Shown here: piece after piece, positions 61,465 through 64,000 of the stretch
Layout of the letters: every line of letters begins with the position of its first letter
How positions within the stretch are numbered: the stretch's first letter is position 1
DNA from: Alphaproteobacteria bacterium
Lineage (GTDB): Bacteria > Pseudomonadota > Alphaproteobacteria > CALKHQ01
NCBI GenBank assembly: GCA_965227515.1
Contig: CBDDFZ010000001.1
Coordinates: 32,001 to 96,000 of the forward strand
Direction: 5' to 3'
DNA: 64,000 nt
Notes under the pieces: model-generated
Told to the model about the DNA's origin: nothing
The model's input: the letters and a program-made list of their open reading frames with translations, nothing else
Database searches by the model: none
Position numbers and translations under genes: made by a program

Positions 61465-62499
61465 CTACGGCCGATAGAACTGCAGCCCGGCCCAGCGGTA
61501 GCGGCCGCTCGATGTCGGCATTGTGCAGTTCAGCCGGGTGCGGCCCGAGCCAAACGCGCCCGATATCGCCGGCACCACCGTGTCGCCGTCGACCGACAGG
61601 CTGACCACCCCGCCCTGCAGGAAGCAGGTCATCGCGCCGACATCGTAGGAGTGGCCGTCGTTCGGCGGCACCATGCGGAACGACACGTATGGCGGATTGT
61701 TCGCGCCGATCACCCGATCCACGGGCTGGATATCGGCCAGCGGCAGCGGCAACGAGCGCAGCCGCACCCGGAACTCGGTCAGGTCGGTGGAGGCATTCAC
61801 CGGATAGCGTGGGAGCTGGAACAGGTCCTCGTTACGGTGGGCAACGCCCGAGTGCTGGCCGAACGCGGCGGCAAAACCCAGCCCCTCGATATGGTCGCGC
61901 AACATCAGCCCGTATTCGCCATAGGGATAGGCGAACAGCTCGGGCACCGCGCCCAGTTCCTCCCGGAAGCGCTGGCTCGCCCGCGCCATGTCGGCGGCGG
62001 CGGCATCGACGGAGAGGTCGGCCATGTGGGCGTGGGCCGCCGCATGGTGGCCGATTGTCACCCCGGCATCGCGCATCTCGCGGATCTGGTCCCAGGTCAT
62101 CAGGTCGGGAATGCCCTGGTCGGTGCCGTCGGTGGAGATGAACACCGTGAACGGCATGCCGGCGGCACGCAGGCGCGGCCACGCCTGGGCGTAGACCGAG
62201 CGGTAGCCGTCGTCGATGGTGATGGCGACGGCGTTCTCCGGCAATGGCGTGCCGTTGCGCCAGGCGGCGACGATCTCCGGCAGCGGCAGCACCACGGCGC
62301 CGCTCTCCTGGATGGCGGCGATCTGCGCGTCGAACTGCGCCAGCGTGACGTTGGTGCTGGGATACTGGTCCTGGCCGAAGCGGTGGTAGATGAAGATGAC
62401 CGCACCGTCGGCAGCCATTGCGTGCGTGGTACCCGCGCCGCATGCGCCGACGGAGAGAACCAGCGCGACCAGCGCGCGCCATGTCCGTTTCAGTTTCAT
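61465..62499 (-). CDS. Polysaccharide deacetylase family protein
   Basis: YHRFG, ITIDDG, GHH...H, FAYPYG. Confidence 0.9.
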   Translation of the reverse strand: MKLKRTWRALVALVLSVGACGAGTTHAMAADGAVIFIYHRFGQDQYPSTNVTLAQFDAQIAAIQESGAVVLPLPEIVAAWRNGTPLPENAVAITIDDGYRSVYAQAWPRLRAAGMPFTVFISTDGTDQGIPDLMTWDQIREMRDAGVTIGHHAAAHAHMADLSVDAAAADMARASQRFREELGAVPELFAYPYGEYGLMLRDHIEGLGFAAAFGQHSGVAHRNEDLFQLPRYPVNASTDLTEFRVRLRSLPLPLADIQPVDRVIGANNPPYVSFRMVPPNDGHSYDVGAMTCFLQGGVVSLSVDGDTVVPAISGAFGSGRTRLNCTMPTSSGRYRWAGLQFYRP

Positions 62500-62503
62500 A
62501 AGC

Positions 62504-63076
62504 TCAAGTATCCGTCGTCAGGTTGGCCATCATCGGGCGCGGCAACACACTGTCGCTGAGCAAAGGATGGCGTCGCGGTTCGAACAGTTGGTAGTGCCAC
62601 CACTCGCGGCGATAAAAATCCCAGCCCGCCGCCGTCATGATACCAAGCAGCAGGTGGCGATTACGCTCAGCTGCGGCGGAAATATCGGTCGCGCCGTGAT
62701 GGGATGCCGCGGAGAAGTCGTCGAATCCGGTACCGAAGTCGAGCGGTTCGCCGTCGCCGTTCGTCAGCGCCAGGTCGACTGCCGCACCACGGCAATGCGG
62801 CGCGCTGCCGGTGACGGGATCCGACACATAGGGTGAGTCCGGAAACCGGCGCCTGAGCGCAATCTGCGCCTCGATCGGGCGGAATGCGTCGTATATGACG
62901 ACACCCAGCCCCTGCCGTGCCGCGAGATCGACCGCGCGCCGCAGATGGTCCGCCGCGGTGGCATTGAGGTAGCAGCCGGGACGGCTGTAGAGCGCGAAAC
63001 CGGCCACGTTGTCGTCTCGGGCATAGCGGATATCGTGGGTCACGCCATAAAGCGCGGGCTGGATTTCTGTCAGCAT
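62504..63076 (-). CDS. ddpX: D-alanyl-D-alanine dipeptidase (M15D)
   Basis: DIRYA..DN, YDAFRP..Q, H.RGAAVDL, EWWHY. Confidence 0.88.
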   Translation of the reverse strand: MLTEIQPALYGVTHDIRYARDDNVAGFALYSRPGCYLNATAADHLRRAVDLAARQGLGVVIYDAFRPIEAQIALRRRFPDSPYVSDPVTGSAPHCRGAAVDLALTNGDGEPLDFGTGFDDFSAASHHGATDISAAAERNRHLLLGIMTAAGWDFYRREWWHYQLFEPRRHPLLSDSVLPRPMMANLTTDT

Positions 63077-63133
63077 GGCGGCTACCCGGTAGCGCACAGC
63101 CCGCCGCAAGCGCAAGCGAGTTCACCTGCCGCC

Positions 63134-63838
63134 ATGCTTCTGATCGCCATCGACTGCTCGGCCGCCGCCTGCTCCGTCGCGGTGCTGCGTGACGGCGATA
63201 TCGTCGCCGGCCGCGACGTGGAGGGTGCGCACGGCCATGCGGCGCGCATTATCGGCATGATCGACGACACGCTCACCGAAGCCGGTGTCGCGGCCGATGC
63301 GCTGCCCGACGCCCTCGACGAGGTGTTGGTGACGGCGGGGCCCGGATCGTTCACCGGCATCCGCGTCGGACTCGCCGCGGCGAAGGGCCTGGTGGTGGCG
63401 ACCGGCGCGACGGGCGCGGCCGTCGCCGTGCCGGAGGTGCTGCGGGCATCCATAGATCCTGAAGATATCGAAGCCGGCACCGCCGTCCTCGCCGTTATCG
63501 ACAGCCGTCGCGGCGACGTGTTCGCGCAGGCGTTCGCGCCCGATGGAAAGGCCGCCGGAGACATCGTCGTCGCGGACCATCCGGCCCTTGCCGCGATGGT
63601 CGCTGCCCTCGATGCGCCGGTACACATCGTCGGCGACGCCGCCGAGGCCGTCGCATCCGGATTGCGCGAGGCCGGGCATGCCCACAGCATTGCCGCCACC
63701 ACCCCTCGTGGCCCCACCGCCATGGCGCTGGGCCGCCTGCGCCAGTCGCCCGGCTGGCCGGCCATCCGCCAGCCCCTGCGCCCGATCTACGCCCGCGCAC
63801 CGGAGATCGGGCGGCCCGGCGGCCAGCCAAGGCAATGA
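63134..63838 (+). CDS. tsaB: tRNA threonylcarbamoyladenosine biosynthesis protein TsaB
   Basis: LIAIDCS, GPGSFTGIRVG, IDSRRG, PIYAR. Confidence 0.92.
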   Translation: MLLIAIDCSAAACSVAVLRDGDIVAGRDVEGAHGHAARIIGMIDDTLTEAGVAADALPDALDEVLVTAGPGSFTGIRVGLAAAKGLVVATGATGAAVAVPEVLRASIDPEDIEAGTAVLAVIDSRRGDVFAQAFAPDGKAAGDIVVADHPALAAMVAALDAPVHIVGDAAEAVASGLREAGHAHSIAATTPRGPTAMALGRLRQSPGWPAIRQPLRPIYARAPEIGRPGGQPRQ

Positions 63839-64000
63839 CAGGCCAGGGCGCCGGCGCCGATATTACCGCCCGACCGGCCACGGTGCGGGACGCCGACGAC
63901 CTCGCGCGCCTTCACGCCGCATCGGTCGCGGCGAACGAGGCGCCCTGGTCCTCGCTCGACTTTCACCAGCTCCTCATGGAGCCCCACAATCGCGGCCTGA
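63835..64000 (+). CDS. rimI: GNAT acetyltransferase (RimI-like), truncated by the window end
   Basis: ATGA overlap with tsaB; LARLHAA...PWS..DF; usual tsaB-rimI synteny. Confidence 0.65.
   Translation, partial: MTGQGAGADITARPATVRDADDLARLHAASVAANEAPWSSLDFHQLLMEPHNRGL

Overview
GC-rich (roughly two-thirds G+C) alphaproteobacterial chromosome segment, Rhodospirillales-like by gene content: degenerate EAL/TipF-like protein, recX, DUF2336, mla operon, tsaB-rimI, CtrA-type boxes. It has about 55 CDSs and no rRNA, tRNA or CRISPR array. Main finding: an intact IS110-family element (53064-54185) has inserted at a CT core inside a palindromic REP-like repeat. Its left non-coding end reads as a complete bridge-RNA-type guide. 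One loop matches the REP target on both sides of the core (GGCCCT / GGGAGAG). The other loop matches the element's own circle junction (ACAGTCGCTTG / TGCAAG), and that junction builds a TTGACA-N17-TATCTC promoter. An un-invaded sister copy of the REP at 45.6 kb carries a mismatch in the guide-paired segment. Other notable items: (i) a small GIY-YIG nuclease gene bracketed by perfect 34-bp inverted REPs, with nuclease-free doublets of the same REP elsewhere; (ii) a ~19-kb glycan-modification island (ColD-like dehydratase, split ThDP E1 alpha/beta, three epimerase/reductases, three Fe/2OG-type oxygenases, two methyltransferases, three large glycosyltransferases) whose intergenic regions carry TTAA-N7-TTAA CtrA-type boxes; (iii) an IS-derived MITE with a CTAG duplication; (iv) an AT-rich orphan gene split at a T7 run; (v) REP doublets whose central loops are inverted between copies. 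All calls come from reading the sequence and translations by eye, with no database searches.
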